Source of the DNA: Hyphochytrium catenoides
Lineage: Eukaryota > Protista > Hyphochytriomycota
NCBI GenBank assembly: GCA_900088475.1
Contig: FLMG01001010.1
Location: forward strand, 1 to 64,000
Reading direction: 5' to 3'
DNA length: 64,000 nt
Below are positions 16,495 to 29,973 of the stretch, one piece after another. How positions within the stretch are numbered: the first letter of the stretch is position 1; each line of letters opens with the position of its first letter. Both the position numbers and the translations under genes were made by a program. The notes under the pieces were generated by a model, which was not told the origin of the DNA, searched no databases, and saw nothing but the letters and a program-made list of their open reading frames with translations.

Positions 16495-19400
16495 CTAGAA
16501 AATCTCCTCTTCGCTGAAGTCATAGACAAATTTAGACATGTTAGAGGACAGGCGAGGAAATTGAACCAACAGTAAGGGATAAGGAGTCAGACGAAAGGGA
16601 AGACACATCCCTACCTCTCATGGCCAGCATTGTCTGCCCCTGAGATGACAGAGAGCTGGTCGGAACCCTCGACACCCTCTTCGTTCTCGGAGACCTGAGG
16701 CAAGTGGTCAATGTCAAGAGGTTAGGGACTGGATCCCAAACTTGCAGATAATTCCTCCAATGTAAAGGACATTTGAAAATTTACCATACCTCGGAGCTTT
16801 GCTCTTGCTCTTCTTCCTCTTCGCTAACTACTACTTCATTTCCCTTCTCCTCCGCGTTAACGCTCGGCGCAGAAATTCCCTGTGCAGCAGCATCCTGTCT
16901 CTCTTTCTCCTCTGCTTGTTCTCTCCTTCTTCTCTCGAGCGCTCGCTGTCTGTACTGCTCAAGCAAGTTGGAGCTCTCCTGTTTTTTCTGCTCTTCCGCG
17001 AGCCGCTCTGCAGCTTCTTTTTCTTCTCGTTCTCGTTTTGCGGCCTCGTCTTTCATTCTCTCTTCCTCCTCCTGGCGGCCAATCTTCTCTTTCTGGCGGC
17101 TCGCTTCCTCTTCTTTTGGAGTGCTCTCCTCGCCTACTTCTTCCTCCTTGAGCGTCTCTTCTTTTTGTTGAGACGAGCCTCCTATAAAGGTCCTTTCTTC
17201 TTCTGTCAGCAATGGCCGTTCAGCAAGCTGTTCAGCCCCTTTGCTCCTCTCTACCGTAGTTTCTTTCTCTTCTAAGTCTTCACTATCGATACTACCCTCG
17301 CTTTGTCTCTCAGCCGTGTTGAAAGACTTTTCTTCCTCGTCTTCCTGTACTTCTTCCCCTGTGACCTCATCTTGGTCATTTGACGTTATCCTCTCCTGCA
17401 ATCTGTGGGGTTCTCTACTCTCCTGGTCGTCACTTCCTCTCGGCCCCGTGTCATGATCTATTTGTTGCATGTGAAACCTGTCTTGGTCTCGTCTCTCTCT
17501 TTTCGCCGCCTCCAATCTCTCGGCCTCTCGAATCTCTGCTTCTTCTTTATCTTTTCGTTGTCTTTCTTGTTCGTCTTCTAACCTCTTCCTTTCTAAGTTG
17601 TTCCTCTCTTCCTTTTCCCGTCTTTCATTTTCCCGCCTTTGCTCCTCCATCTTCACTTCGGCTTCCATCTTCTCCTTCTGTTCTTTCTCTCTCGCAAGTC
17701 TTGCTCGTTCTTCTTCTTCTTGCCTTGCTCGCATATTGGCCTCTTCCAGTCTAATCCTCTCTCTCTCCTGTTCCAGCTCTTTCTCCAGTTTTTGCCGAGC
17801 TTCTATCTGTTTCTGCCGTTCTGTTTCAAGCTCTGCTCTAAGTCTCTCTCTTTCGGACGCGATCTCTCTCTCCAGCTTTGCTCGGGCTTCCTCTCTCTCC
17901 CTCTGTTCGCTCTCTTCTAGCTTTTTCAAACGTTCTAGGGACGAGCGTTGGCTCTCCTCCTTCTTCAGCCTTTCTTCCTCCTCTAGTTTCCTTTTATGCC
18001 CCTCTTCTTGATGCCTTTCAGCCTCGAGTGCTCGTTCCTCGTCTATTCTCCCTCCACTAACAGAGTGGGGTGCCGTCAGCCTATTGCCTGGACTATATGA
18101 CCTTTCTGTTTCTCTCTCCACCCTGATTTCATCGTCTTTCGTAGATGATAGAGTGAGCTGGTAAGACACGTCCCTGCCTAAGCTAGAGGAGGCAGGAGGT
18201 GACGGCAACGGGGGAGGGGAAGGAAAAGGTGGGAAGGAAGTGGGGGAGAGAGGAATGGTAGAAGGAGGTGGCTGAGAAGGGAGTGCCGGTCTCGCCATAC
18301 GACCTCCTCCTTCACCCGACGTCCTTAGGAGGTTGAGGCCTGAGGACGAAGAGATATCTACCACATCATAGTAGGAGTGACCTAGACGATCGAGCTCTCT
18401 ATCTCTCCTCAGTTCTTCTTTCTCTTCTCGCGAACCTTCACCTATTTCGCCTGGTTGCCAAGGTGAACGGCATGCCGGTGGGTGCGGTGGAGGAGGAGGT
18501 GGTGGTGGAGGAGGTGGACGAGGAGAAGTTACGTGGCTGGGCCTGAGAGAGACAGGGCTGGCAAGGAAACGGGAGACTGCATCACCGCCATTGTCGCCTC
18601 CACCCATTCTGGCACCTCCGCTGCCACGATGAAGTGGGGGAGCTGGAGGGCGGACAGCTCTCGGACTCTCCTGCATTGGCGGAGTGGTCGGGCGAAGAAG
18701 AGACGAGGAGAGGGGTGGAGATCTTCTATCGCTGCCTGCTGTTGACAGACGGTAGTCTCTGTCAGCTGCATCCAGAGTGGCCTCGGCTGCTCTGACTTCC
18801 TCTTGCTCAGCGGGCCTAGAGCCCAACGAGGGAGCTTCCGAAGCAGCTATGAAGCCTGAATAGCAAGAGGGTAGATTGTTAGCTTTCTTCATCCTCTACT
18901 CTGCTACCGCCAAAATTAATTGCGGGTCATGGCATCTATGCTCTTGGACGATGTCCTTTACGCCCTAGCGAGCTCAAACGTCCTTGATGGATAGCCAAAT
19001 TAGGATAATTGGTCAAAGCACCGCCTTACAATACCTGAGAGATCTTGTCCAGCACCCTGTCCCACACTTCTACGATACTCCGCATCGTGAAGCGACCGCG
19101 ATCTTCGCCGATGATTTTCTTGAACAGAAGGCTGGCGTTGGGGCATGTAAGCTAGCATCGAGAACCTCGTGAGAGATTTATCCAAAGCAAGAGAGAGTGG
19201 CAGTAAGGGAAAGTAGGTATAACTAGGCATACCACGAGTCGCCGCTATAGCAGTCATGACAGAAATGAAGACAAGAGGCGGTAGAGAAAGCGAGAGGAGA
19301 CCAAAAGTTTCTCTGACACTCGAGAGGAGCAACCTACCAATGGAGTTTCGACTGGTTTGATCATAGCCTAGCACCTACAAAGAAAAGGACGTAAGTAGGA

Positions 19401-22400
19401 ATAGTACCCGACTCGTGGGATGTAAATGTCTAGTCCAATTGAGGTTTAGGGTTTACTGAAGTCCCTTCCCCAAGTCTGTGCATACCTCGGCCATGATCCC
19501 TCCAGAACTCCGAACCCACGTCCCAGAGCTGCGCCGTCTAGTACTGTCGGGGCCCCGAGGAAGACCCGACCGATCAATAGCTGCCAAAGCCTCTCTGGTA
19601 GAGGAAAGCAGCTGTCGGAGCTCCTCTGACTGTCAAGAAACATATGTTGAGGAAGAATGATGTGGACTGAGAGGCACTCAAGACCACGAGGGTCAGGAAG
19701 AGATGGGAGTGCATAGTAGCCAAGCGGACGACGGACGAAGACAAATGGGTAAGGCAGCGAAGGAATGGAAGCCAACCTCTCTTCTAGCCGCTTTGACTTT
19801 GATCTCCTCCTCCTCAAAGTGTCTCTGGGCTCTACTGCGTTCGGCTTCTCTTTCCTCAATCTTCCTCGTCAGTCTCTGCCGCTCATGTTCCCACGCCTCT
19901 GTTTGATGTCGGAAGAGAAGCCTCTCTCCCTCTCTTTCCCGACGCTCTTCGTCACGTTCTTTCCTGAGCTGTGAAATCTTCAGTTCCTCCTCTTCTTCCT
20001 TCCTCTTTGAAGCCTCCAGGACCTCCTTGATTCTGGTGTCCGCCTCCATTTGCTGTTTTGCATACGACTCCGCGTGGACTGTGCGCTGTCTAACAGCTTC
20101 ATTTAGGTCCATCTGGCGTCATGAATCAGACAGCACATGTTCAGTGGCTTTGCCTTACAGAATAAACGAGCAACAAAGTCCCATAAAGCTAGGAGCCGAG
20201 TATTGTTGACAGAAAGGTCATAGAACGGACAGCAGCAGTGTCGTTGAGTAGAAGAGCCGGTTACAGATTGCTGACATTCAATGAAGATAGACGGCATGCA
20301 TTTGTAAAGAAAACGTACCTCAAGCGCTTGAACTTTGCGCTGAAGCTCAAAGCATTTCTGTTCCATATTTCTTTTATCCTCTCGAAGTTTTTCTCCTTCT
20401 GCTCTTTCTCTCTCCAGTTGGAGGGTGAGCATCTCATTCACCCGCAATAGATCAGCAGCTGCATAGCTTTCTGGATCTCGCGCTGGAATCTGACACGGCA
20501 GAGAGGAGAGTATACGTCAATAAAGAGACTGCCAGTACAAGGCCAAGAATGCTGCGTTAGGGCACTTAAATGATCAACCGTCCTACAGGTATTGCCCGAG
20601 AGAAGTTACGGAGAAGCAAGGGCTAAGATAACCTACCATCTGGTGACGAGATCCAGATTTCTCGAGTTCCCTTAGCCGCTCCTCCACCATTCTCTTTGAA
20701 GATTCCAATTCTTGGCGCTTACTTTCAAGTGAAGCTGGCGGATGGGGGGAAAGCCTTTCTTAGCAACCGCGGTGTTGGTGTCGAAACAGAGAGATCGGGT
20801 CTTTAGGGAAGTTACGGGAGGATGAGAGGAGACGAGACAAGACGGCCAGATGCAGACAGAGCAGGACACAAAGAACTTGGACTACCTCCTTCAACGTCCA
20901 GCCGAGCTTCTCTTCGTACAATGTCTCGTTCTCTTTGCAGAAGTTCCTCAACTGCCGCAGCCTTTGCTTGTAAAAAATCACTTTTCTTTCTGCCTTCTAA
21001 CTCCTGGGATAGGCGGGCCAACTCATTCTCTTTATCTACTAACGTTTCTTCCATATCCTGAACGAGAGCAAGTGAACGAGAGCGACAGAGAGAAGGACAG
21101 TAGTGAAATTTGACGATGGTAAACCGTGCAAATGACTGTCAATCTTTCAGCCTTACATGTGTATGAACTCACAGTTCTTCGGCTTACCTGAAACTTCTTT
21201 GCTCGCAGCTCGATAGATTTGAGTCTACTCTCATATTTATGCTTGCTTTCATCTTCTCTTTCGGAAACTTCTTCTAGTCGCTTCAATAGCGTCTGCCGAA
21301 GTGCGAAAAGTTCGGACTCTAATTCCTGTCAAATAAGCCCAAGCGTCATCCTCCAGCGGAGAGGGCCGAAAGTAGAAAAGAAGCAAGCTCTTAATCATGC
21401 ATGGACTAATGCTGGAGAAGAGAGTCTTGAATTCAGATGCCCGCTTAGCCTCAAGTATTTGAGCAAGACTAGCATCGAAATCTTCCTCGCCTTACTTTCT
21501 TCTTCCTCTCCCATTCCGAAGCTGCTTCCTCTTCTTTTTCTCGGAAACGTTCTCGCAAGCGCCTAGCTTCTTCGTCTAATTGAATTCTTAACGCGTCTAC
21601 TTGACGACGATACTTCTCCGCCTCCTCCAGCTTGATCTTGGGTAAGACAAGTAAGGACGAGGTAAAGTCAGTAAGGAGACGTATCAAGGCTCCAAGAAAT
21701 TCGACGACACTTGTTGTGAACGTGGCGAATAAAGGATGAGCATGGCGCTCTATGTTCGACGCAGGAAGCTCCGGAAATGGCGCGTATAAGTAGATATTGA
21801 GAGAAGAAAGACAAGAAGGAATGAGTCAATGATGTCACAAACCTGCTTCAGCTCGTTCTCTCTAAGGCGTTCAATCTACGGCACGAAGGAGTCAGTGCCA
21901 TACCGAAGGCGGCACTCATTTTCTTTGGATCTCTCGCTTTCTCTAGCCCAGCCATTCACATCCTTGTTTTCTGGTCTGTATCTGAACTCACGAGAAAAAT
22001 CTACTCATCGCTCGCTGTCCCACCTCTTGCCTGATCTCCCGCTTGGCAGCTTCGTCAACCTCCTTCTGGTACTTCATCATCCTCTCTTCTAGCGACCGTA
22101 GTGGCTCCTCTCTCTGCTGTGCAGCGGTAAGAAGATAGCGTTCCTCCAGTTTCTGCAACTTTTGTCCTTACGAGTGATAAAACAAGGGTAAATGCGTAGA
22201 CAGTGTTTTTCTCTTCGAGGCAGAAAAGGCGTTCTGACGCAGCATAGATAGGAAGTTGAGAGCGGATAGACATTGAACGAGGTTAAATGTTAGACAACTT
22301 CCAAAGGCAGGCGCCCAGAGAGACAATAGTTATAGCCAGGAACGTAGAAGGGGATGCATAGAGAGGTACGTTGGCCAGACGTTTAATGCATGTCCGGCGT

Positions 22401-23469
22401 GCTACATGGCACACAATAAAAGCATATTCATGGGCTAGAAGAAGAGAAGAATGAGAGCGGGAGCGACTTATTACTCAGCATTTCTCGGTGATCTGGTCCT
22501 GACTCTTCGGTTTGAGTTCCGATATCAAATCCCCGCGACTGACTCACAGAAGCTGCCACCCGGGCAATTCCACTTAGAAGCGATTCGGATGGGACCGTGA
22601 GGGAAAAGCTTGACGGAAGATTGGAGGGCCGATCGAAGGCAACTCCTTCCTACATTAAGGGATTCAGCGCCAAAGGAATAAGAAGCTTGAGTAAGACCAA
22701 GAGTAGAAGTATAGCTGAAGACCGGGTCTTGTCGGGCACTTTAGTGTGAGACGAGGTGAACTTGACTGACTATAAAGGTGGAATGAAGCAGTTTCCTCTG
22801 CACCTTTGGGTGGGAGGGAGAAAAGGACTGAAAGACTTACCAGCTCTGCGTAGACCTTAGAGCCAGGCTCAAAGTGCAGTGCCTGTTCAAGGAGGAATAT
22901 TGGCGAATCTTAGAAGAGATGACATCAGCCAAGTTAAGGGAAGACGAGAGAAGGTTCAAAAGACAGCGGGCTAAGAGCTTGCGTCTACTGACAGACCTCT
23001 AAAATGTCATTTGATGTCATCACTCTACCCGTCATCCCACTTTCAGGGATGAAGATCGAGAGAGAGTGCGGCAAATCTGCTGTCCTCAGATAGTCCACAA
23101 TGAGACTGTGGCATAGCTGCTCCTGCAGAGAAAGGGGCTTCTTCTCCCGTCCCCCTCTTCCCGCTGACGATGGATAGCTATTCAAAAGGCGAAGGTCTTG
23201 AACAAACTTTGTTCGTAGCTGAGCCTAGGGCGATGTTCATTAAACGCTGTCAGACTATGAGGAGGCAGGGAAATTAGGGACAGCTAGGAGCTTACTCTAA
23301 GTAAGTCGATGGTCCCTGCTTGGCGGAGGGATTGATAGAGACGGGCCTTAAAATCATCAAGAGACAGTACATCTTCCTCCGAGTCCTCGTTCTCCCATGC
23401 GTCGTCCTTCCATTCTTCATGTCTCTGCTCCTGCGCACTGTCCTCAACACTGTCCCCCTGAGCCTGCAT
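16495..23469 (-). CDS. OFD1: OFD1-like centriolar/basal-body protein (LisH plus long coiled coil), multi-exon
   Basis: N-terminus FKARLYQSLRQAGTIDLLR|AQLRTKFV followed by LisH-like LCHSLIVDYLRTADLPHSLSIFIPESG, then GTQT, SLEERMMKYQKEVDE and extensive coiled coils. C-terminal LLEQYRQRALERR and an acidic tail ending SEEEIF, TAG at 16495-16497. Canonical splice sites throughout. Confidence 0.8.
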
Positions 23470-24443
23470 GGTCTCCAACAGATGCGGCCCAGCACCTGGG
23501 TCAACGTTCTCTCCGTCTTTACCCTAAAGCAGGAGTAATAGCAACCTAGCTAGATACGGTTCCATCTCCGAAGCACTAGCCGCTGGCGACAAAGCTTCCC
23601 AGACGATATGGATGCCATATACTGGCTGATGGGGTTAGCCGTCAGCGCTACGGCCGACAGCCTTCATCTGTAGAGGGGCTGATGCAAGAGAAAACCAAGG
23701 CAGCCTTGTCTAGGTCTGGTCAACTCATTGAAGAGTCTCCAGCGTCGTCATCGAGCTCCACATGAAAAAAAAACGCATTTGCTCGAACAGAAGTCTGACA
23801 ACGCGACGAGGCTGGTGACTTATAAGAGAGGCGGGAGGAAACGTGCCGCAGATATCAGGCTCACAGCTCACATCCCACCTTCACCTGCTCTCTCAGAACG
23901 GGGTAGACTGTACTTTGCACGCTGTCATCTTTGCCTCTCGGACTGTGACCATCCTGACTCTGATCCTTGCCAGGCCATTGCGAAGAACCTCAGCATCAGC
24001 TTGGACGCGATGGAGGAGCCAGGAGCCTGTGTCGGTTCAAAAACTGAACTTTGAGAACCACTTTGCGCTGCGTTAGCGGTACCACCAGCCGTTAGCTGCT
24101 CAATGGGCAGTCTCCGATGGTGATGGCTGTGAGAAGATTTTCTATGAGCTTGAAAGGTGAAGACAATTGCATCTGCATGGTCAAGCCTCTGTCCCATTTT
24201 AGAGCTCTTCTTCTTCCAGACGTTCTAGCTCTATTATCTAGCGTCATTATAAAGGGTAGAAGGTTCTATGCTACGCAGTACCTCGGTAGTCCTGGCTCTG
24301 GAAGTATCTCTCCGGTAGCAGCTGGGAGCTTAACTAGCCGTCTCTGTCCGTCCGCCTTAGGTCAGCCCTTGGTTGCTGTTGACCCAGCTTCCTAGTTTGA
24401 AGCTGGCAAGACTTCTTAGGGACACTTATCCTTAAACCCAAAG

Positions 24444-25947
24444 ATGGTGAACATAAGGAATGCTCGGGTAAGGACATTGACCTTATCTCTTGAACCGACC
24501 ACGCCACGAAGACCTTGCTTCAGTAAAGCTTCTGCTGGTTAGCTGTCGGGCTCTGTCCTTTGGCAATACTGTTCTCGTCCTGCCAGCCTAAGCCCTATTC
24601 TTGCGTGTGAGAACAGATGGACGACCTCATCCAGATGCAGAACGCCAATCTATGGTGTCTTCCAGAGAACTATCAGATGAAGTATTACTTCTATCATATC
24701 TTATCATGGCCCCAGTTGTTGTTTGTCGCGGAGGACTATGACGGCAAAATCGTTGGCTACGTTCTTGCCAAGATGTAGGGGCTGGACTTGCTCTCTCTAT
24801 CCTCTCTTCTATTCTCTTTTCTTCCCGTCTTTGCCTTCTATGTATCTCATCCCACTTCGTCCTCCAAATGACTCTCCGCCGTTGTCCTTGGAAGTTGTTT
24901 ATATAGTTCTGCTTTGGCGCTCACTCTCTTCTGTCCCTGTCTTTCTTTCGTTCATCTTATCTCCTATTGTCAGACCTTCACAGGCTGATATCCCTACGTA
25001 TTAGGTTTCTCTTCGCGTTCTCATTTCCTGCGCCTCTGTGAGCTGGCGTCTCCCTTCGTGCCTATTCACATGTGGGGCACTTTCGATCGTGCCGCCTTCG
25101 CGTCCTTTCTCTCTTCGTCCTAACACTTCTACTGCTAGTTCAGTCGCTCCTTTGCTATTGCCTATAGAGTCATATTGGTCCTTATAGCTCCATCTTCCGA
25201 ACTACACTAACACCGCCGCTCCACGTACCTTACAGGGAGGAAGATGCTTCTGTTCCCCATGGGCATATCACATCACTAGCAGTTCTTAGGACTCATCGAA
25301 AGTGTGGAATAGCGACGCGGCTTATGGAGGCATCCCGTAAGCTTCATCGTGGGTAATTGACGGTGACCAGGAAGCCCGACGGTCTGACTTCTTTCTTGGT
25401 CTCCTGTCCTTGTCCTGCAGAGCGAGCGATGGTAGAATGCTTCAAGGCCGAGTATGTGTCATTGCATGTGAGGAAGAGTAACAGAGCCGCATTCCACTTA
25501 TATACTCAAACTCTGAAGTACCAGTAAGTTCGGAACCCTTTGTACCTGAACGCGTTTCCTCCCATAGAGTTCGGCGCTACAAGTACTACTTCTACTGAAG
25601 GCTTCCCTTCCGCCATGTCTTGGCTTGATGCTTTATGCCCTTCCTTGACGCTGTGACCTGCAAAGCTTCCCCTCCCTTTATCCGTTAAGACTGCTGACGA
25701 CATTGTAGACCTTTCATAAGGTTGTATCTCTCTTCCATGAACTCTGCGTCTTGTATTAAGAGCAACTAATAAGCTCATTGTCACTTCAATCACTCCTGCA
25801 AACAGGATCAATGACATCGAACGAGGGTACTACGCTGACGGAGAAGATGCTTTTGATATGAGAAAGCCCTTCACTGAAAAATGCGCAGCACAGTTGGCTA
25901 TCCAGGCAAAAAAATATGAGTCAGAGCTGCTACCGGCAGCTCACTAG
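24444..25947 (+). CDS. NAA10: N-alpha-acetyltransferase 10 (ARD1), NatA catalytic subunit, 5 exons
   Basis: MVNIRNAR|[40 protein letters not shown]...IVGYVLAKM|[28 protein letters not shown]...[19 protein letters not shown]...[13 protein letters not shown]. Stop TAG at 25945-25947. Confidence 0.96.
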
Positions 25948-26100
25948 TCACTAAATAAACCTGATTGTGTATCTGCAAGGTCCGGCGTAGAGATCGTGAG
26001 ACAAGCGTCGGACTTCCTCAAATATCTATCCTATCTGATTGCCTGGCAGGAGACCGTGGTGTAGACTGTGAAAGCATACCGTATGATGTGGGATAATATG

Positions 26101-27725
26101 TCATGCTTTCAGATGCCCCAGATTCTCAGCTACCCAGTCAACTAAGCCTAGCATCCTGCTGTGGTCTTCTTCAAGCTGCAAGTCCAACTGCCACTCGTCA
26201 GAGACCCAGGAGCTTCGAACTCCTGAGTTATCCTCCTGCCGCCTTCGTAGCGGATGCAGCAGATGAGGATGATAAGAAACGCCTTGATTTACTGGCACAC
26301 ATTTCTGAGCTCTCAGAGCCTTCAACAGTAGGATTTGCACCTCAGTAGCAGAGAGGATGGCGTCACAGTGTCGTAGCAAGAGATTTACATCTTCCTGACA
26401 CCCTTCCCTGTCTTCAACCACGTGGGTGCGCAGCTGACATCCCTTTCCCTTCTGATGAGAGCGCCAAACAGGAGCTGCCTCCCCACAGCATGGGAAGAAG
26501 CGCACGCTGGAGCCATCTGCATCCAGGCTTTCAGTGGCTTGCATGGGGTGATGGCAACACATGGCCATTTCTACGCCTGTGAAGCATAATCCACAATCCG
26601 AACAACGGAAGTGTACCTGTGATACCCAGCAATGCCAGAAAATTTGTTGCCAATTGTACCCGCTCCTTGTGAGAAAGTTGAGAAGCTCCCGGACACTCCA
26701 GTCTTGTCGGGGCTTGTGTCTGGACGCACATTGTCTCTCGAATGAAAAGTTCCCTTCAGTTTCTCGGCAGTCTAACACACCGACAAGATGCCCTGGGAAG
26801 AGTACGCCGCATCTGTCACACAACTGCAGCGGATCGGACGGTGACAGGAAAAGTTCGGCCACCTTCGCCTGGTAGAGGGACTCCAAACTGTCTTCGTCTA
26901 CGATTTGGAGGTCGTCTAGTTTAAAGACCGAAATACGCTTGGCCAAAGCTCCGATGAGTTCCGACCCCAGGCATGAAAGATCAATGCCAAGGGACAAAAC
27001 TTCCTTCAAATTGGCTCCAACATAATCTAGACAGAGCTCCAAAAGCTCTGGAATTTCCAGGAAATGAGCAGCCACTAGAATAGAGACCGCCATGTGAGGT
27101 TCTGTGACAAAGATTCAGGAACTTTGTTAGGGCAATAAACATATCAAGCAACAACATCGTGAAGGAAAGAAAAAAAAAGGTAAGGTTGTAGACAGGGTGT
27201 GCATGAGGAAGAGAACAGGAAAGTGGCAATGTAATATGGGAGATAAATGACAGGCCATACGAAAGTGATAAGAATAAATGTACCAAGGTCAATTTTCTGA
27301 GAACCATCCGGAGCTAAGTAGAGAGATATCCAGGCAAAGACTTGTACATCACAGTGCACAGAGATCTCCACATCCTGGCAACCCAACTGGCAGTCTCTGA
27401 AATATCTATCAAAGTACTTCATTCTCTGAAGCAAAACTTTGCGCTCAAAGGTAAAATCTTGCTTCATGCCCCGAGCTTCATCATGAACTTGGACGTTGAT
27501 TTGACTTTCAGAAGGACACCCCCGGAGGGAAGGGTCCACCGTAGTCTCAACTTCTCGCTGTCTATCCTTCCAGTCCTGCCTAAAGACCTGCGTGTGATCC
27601 TCGTTTACCAATGCTCTCGGCCTTCTGCTTCGATCCTTGCTGTATGGAAACCTTTCAGACGGCAATGCAGGGCGCCCTATCCGGGAAGAAGGACCATGTA
27701 TTGCTGCAAGGGCACGTTGCTCCAT
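26101..27725 (-). CDS. SANBR: SANBR/KIAA1841-like protein (DUF3342, BTB-like)
   Basis: INVQVHDEARGMKQDF...LLQRMKYF...VEISVHCDVQVFAW, one intron (~27103-27284), then VSILVAAHFLEIPELLELCL..V, and Cys-rich motifs (CDRC, FRCSDC, CCHHP, FPCC, GCQLRTH). The 5' end is uncertain, with a possible extra exon near 27830-27900. Confidence 0.85.
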
Positions 27726-28446
27726 CAACTCCAGGATCCAACTCGTGTCATGGATTACAGATACCCACCTGTATTGTGCTTTGAGATGCTCAGTGCAGAC
27801 AGACCTCTCCTAACACCAGCGTCCCTCCAAATGGGACTGTCTTCCATGTCGCTAACTCTAGGAAGTGTCATAATATTATAAAGCAACTCTTCCGGAGTGA
27901 CAAGGAGTCTTTGCTTGAGGTCTGACGAGTCATGCCACAAGGCTCACAAGTTTAAATGGTTAAACTTGCGCGTATTTCTTCCTAGCTAGAGGCACACTTT
28001 TACATTCCCCTATCCACAGGAGCTTGCTTCCGAAAGCCCACTTTGAGTGTACGGTTGCATTCTAACGACAACCCATTTTTTGCCATTCGGAGATGAGCAC
28101 GAAGTTGTGTGTCTCTACAGGAACGGTGGCCAAAGCTAACTTTACTGAGAAGAAGGTGAGGATGAGAGCGTGTGCACAGCTAGGCAGTGCGGCGCGCGGT
28201 GGTCTTGATGATGACTGATTGCTGTGAGGGAAGAGAGGTGAAGAGGAGGAGGAATGCGATAGTGGTGCAGGAGGAAGATGACAAGGAGTGTCTTGAGTCT
28301 TGATGACTGATGATCTGATGATGTTGATGAGTCACGCCATCAAATCTCAAATTTCATGATGTCTCATCTTGTCATTGCCGTTTTCCCGACATCCTAGAGA
28401 TGCGGCTTTATAGTGAAGAAACGAGAAGGCTTGTGCAGACAGCACA

Positions 28447-28517
28447 GCATCTGTAGTTTAGTGGTAAAATACCTCGTTGCCATCGAGGTGTCCCGGGTTC
28501 GATTCCCGGCAGATGCA
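28447..28517 (+). tRNA. tRNA-Gly(GCC)
   Basis: Acceptor stem GCATCTG/CAGATGC with discriminator A, D-arm TAGTTTAGTGGTAAAA, anticodon arm CCTCG-TTGCCAT-CGAGG, T-arm CCGGG-TTCGATT-CCCGG; T-rich tract downstream. Confidence 0.96.
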
Positions 28518-29560
28518 ATTTATTTCTTCTTTTTGCTCTCCACACTTTGGCGCGGTTACCAGTAGAACTGATGGGTAAATACATGTAGCATAGAGCAGCA
28601 GAAAGCATCCTTATTACTAATAACACCTCATCCCAACAAAGAAGAAGAGGATCACGACAAGCAAAAAAAGCGGCTGAGTAGGAACTAGGAGCTCGTCTTT
28701 CTGTGGATGTCTAGGTACAGGATGATGATGATGCATGGGGTGCGTGAGCTATCACCATGATGTGGTGACACTGAAGGCACAAAGAGAAAGAAGGGAAGAT
28801 AGTAGAGAAATTGACAGTAGACAGCAGCAGCGCGGCGCGGAGAAGGAGCATAATAACCATCAAAGACCTCCTGGCTACATTTTTATAAAAGTAGTAAGCC
28901 GAACATTGATGTGATGATGGTAAGCAGGACTCACTTTGCCCAGCAGGAAGGAGAGGACTTTTGCCTTCATACTAGTAATTTGACGAACGAAGGAACTGAT
29001 TGATCTGCCTGCTGAGAGAGGCGAACGACGCACTATTATCCGCCAGTCGTCTCTGAACAAGAAAAGGTTTATTATAATAATGGCACAAGTAGTACTACTA
29101 TTGTTCTTATACATCACTCGTTATTAGCAACAGCGGATGCGAATCTTAAACTATATTCTTCAATACATCTTCCTCTTATCTCCTATTATTCACCACTACT
29201 AGGCTTACGGTAGCTCTATTATTAAGAATTGTTGGCCTACAAAAGTGAAGGTGGAACGGCTCGACGAGAAGAATTATAATGTTGCAGCACTACCTACCCA
29301 GAAGAATTGAGAGAAGGAGCTTGTGATGGTGTCACTCATGCATCATCAGTATTGGACATATTTCATTATTTTACAACAGGAAGAAGCAGGACAAACAACA
29401 ACAATTTGTTGGCTGATGGCCTTAGGTCCGCCTCCTTCCAATTGTTGGAAAGAACGTGTGTTTGGAGGGAGGATTCTTCCATGAGGGAATAGAATGAGCT
29501 GGCTCTACTTTTGGGCGGGGGTCATCAGTGATGATGAGCGGCAGCAAATAAATAGTATGA

Positions 29561-29586
29561 TATTGATCATCGTTCGATGATCAATA
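29561..29586. repeat. Perfect 12-bp inverted repeat with a 2-nt spacer
   Basis: tattgatcatcg-tt-cgatgatcaata. Confidence 0.9.
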
Positions 29587-29900
29587 GTGGCTGCTGGTGG
29601 TGGTGGTGGTGGCAGTGACAATTATCGTCGTTACGCCCTCTTATTGGTATTCTATATATAATAAAAAGACGAGCAACACAACAGCACCGTCTCATAATCA
29701 TACGCTTTACCTCTTATCATCTTCTTGATAGCTGTCTATGCACGCTGCTGCCTGGTGCTGCTATTATTGAGTGATAGAATGCAGGTTAGCGGCGAGAACT
29801 TTTTCCTTACCCATCTGCCCAAACACCAGCTCTCAAAGAGTGTCTCACCGCACAAATAGAGGTATATAGGATAGATTGAATCTTATACCACCATCTGAAA

Positions 29901-29973
29901 ACCCGTCTAGCTCAGTCGGTAGAGCGCAAGGCTCTTAACCTTGTGGTCGTGGGTTCGAGCCCCACGGTGGGTG
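29901..29973 (+). tRNA. tRNA-Lys(CTT)
   Basis: ACCCGTC TAGCTCAGTCGGTAGAGC G CAAGG CTCTTAA CCTTG TGGTC GTGGG TTCGAGC CCCAC GGTGGGT G, followed by a TTTTATTTTTT Pol III terminator. Confidence 0.96.

Noticed and set aside
16773-18060. Several plus-strand Ser/Leu/Phe-rich ORFs
   Set aside because: Antisense shadows of the E/R/K-rich OFD1 exon.
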